From the IMG/VR virus record IMGVR_UViG_3300028833_000053: a stretch of DNA of 64,000 bases; one strand, given 5' to 3'. The stretch's first letter is position 1. Every line of letters starts with the position of its first letter. Positions 62,804 to 64,000 of the stretch are shown one piece after another. The position numbers were made by a program, and so were the translations under genes. Source of the stretch: a virus (lineage: Duplodnaviria; Caudoviricetes). A model generated the notes under the pieces. It searched no databases. It was not told where the DNA came from and was given only the letters and a program-made list of their open reading frames with translations.

Positions 62804-64000
62804 TTGAACTACGCAACAATTGGAGGTAGTTGCGATTCAGTTTGGTTCTTTATGAACAAACTGCTCTACCCGAAGTTCCTTCGGTGATAAAAATGTCCTT
62901 CAAGTTTTGTGCAGCGTTTTGGTCACGGTTGTGTTCCTTGCCGCACTTTGGACATAGCCATGTTCTATCTGATATAGTCAAGTCCCTATTGACATACCCA
63001 CAAACATTGCATGTCTTTGACGAGGCAAACCACTTGTCCGCCTCCATTACTATCTTCCCATGTTCTTCGGCCTTGGCTTTCAACCGTTGAACAAAGGTGT
63101 ACCAACCCAAGTCATAAACAGACTTGCCATGATTGGATTTATCTGGTGTGTTTTTTCTTTCGATCCATTTCTTGAACTTCGCCATGTCCTTCAATGATAG
63201 AGATTCAACAACTATGACATCATTTCCTTTCACCAATTCAGTTGAGGTTTTTTCTATGAAGTCTTTGCGCTTATTCTTGATATGTTCGTGAATACGAGCA
63301 ATTCTCATTCTGAGTTTTTCTTTCAATGACTTGTTTTTTACCGTAGATATTTTTCTCTAAAGTTCAGAAAGTTTCTTCTCATAGGCTCTATAATTTCTAT
63401 CGTATTGGGGTGAATTTCCTTCGTCATCTACGAAGAAGTTTGTTAAGGACATATCCAGACCCTTGACTTTTAAGTTTGGTTTATTGACATCCTTTTGAGT
63501 TTTAGTTGTAATAGCATCTTCGTACAAGATTGAGACATAATACTTCATAGATGGTGTTCTGGAAAAAGTCATGCTATGTATTTTTATGTTTTTAACAACA
63601 CGATTATCTCTGAAAGTTATCCAACCCAGTTTTGGTGCTTTGACTTTCCTTTTATCAAAATCTATTTTCAAGTTATTGTGGTTGCAAACAGTACGATATG
63701 AATTCTTAGCAAACTTTTTCTTGAATTTTGGAAATCCTTTTTCTGAGATTGGTACTTTGGGGTCTTTACATTTTCTCCAAAAATTTTCATATGCTACTCC
63801 AAGATTCATTCGCGTTTGTTGAAGTGCAACAGAATCCACTTCTTTCAAGAATATGTTTTCTTCCTTTAGTTGTTTTTCAGTTTTGTACTTATATTCGTAA
63901 AGTTCTCTCGGGGTGTTCTTTAGTTTTACATATACATCTTTTCTTTCTGAAAGCATAGTGTTGTATAAAAATCTGCAACATCCGAATGTTTTGTCCAATA
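62804..64000 (-). mobile_element. IS200/IS605-family element, right part; left end outside the window
   Basis: tnpB followed on the minus strand by hairpin CGCAAC...GTTGCG and TAGTTCAA, like an IS605 right end. Confidence 0.7.
62850..63998 (-). CDS. tnpB: TnpB RNA-guided endonuclease, 5' truncated by the window; one in-frame TAG at 63357-63359
   Basis: FGCCRFLYN, GFPKFKK, RuvC GLDM / VVESL / RDQNAA, zinc finger SKTCNVCG...CPKCG; the two ORFs are in one frame. Confidence 0.9.

Overview
This is a 64-kb segment of a large, probably T4-like or jumbo tailed phage genome that appears to read TAG as a sense codon, most likely Gln (code 15-like). At least 14 reading frames run through in-frame TAGs and end only at TAA/TGA. 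They include a 2147-aa giant protein with 12 TAGs, a homing-endonuclease-like gene with 15 TAGs that the standard ORF track largely misses, two metallophosphoesterases, an NlpC/P60 hydrolase and an intact TnpB. The window also encodes an amber-suppressor tRNA (anticodon CUA, 14692-14781) close to a PTH2-family peptidyl-tRNA hydrolase. Two promoter classes are visible. Sigma70-like TTGACA-N17-TATACT sites precede mostly TAG-free gene runs. A GTAAATA motif resembling the T4 late promoter precedes most TAG-containing genes. Other notable items are a predicted -1 frameshift joining an ABC-type ATPase to a GNAT domain, a C-terminal domain shared by that GNAT and a DNA methyltransferase, an NAD-dependent DNA ligase split into two separated genes in reversed order, an endonuclease insert that replaced the 5' end of pth2, two sigma factors and a PEP-CTERM protein. 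The secreted-protein style hints at a Kiritimatiellota/PVC host, which is inference only. All family calls come from motif recognition by eye; no searches were run.
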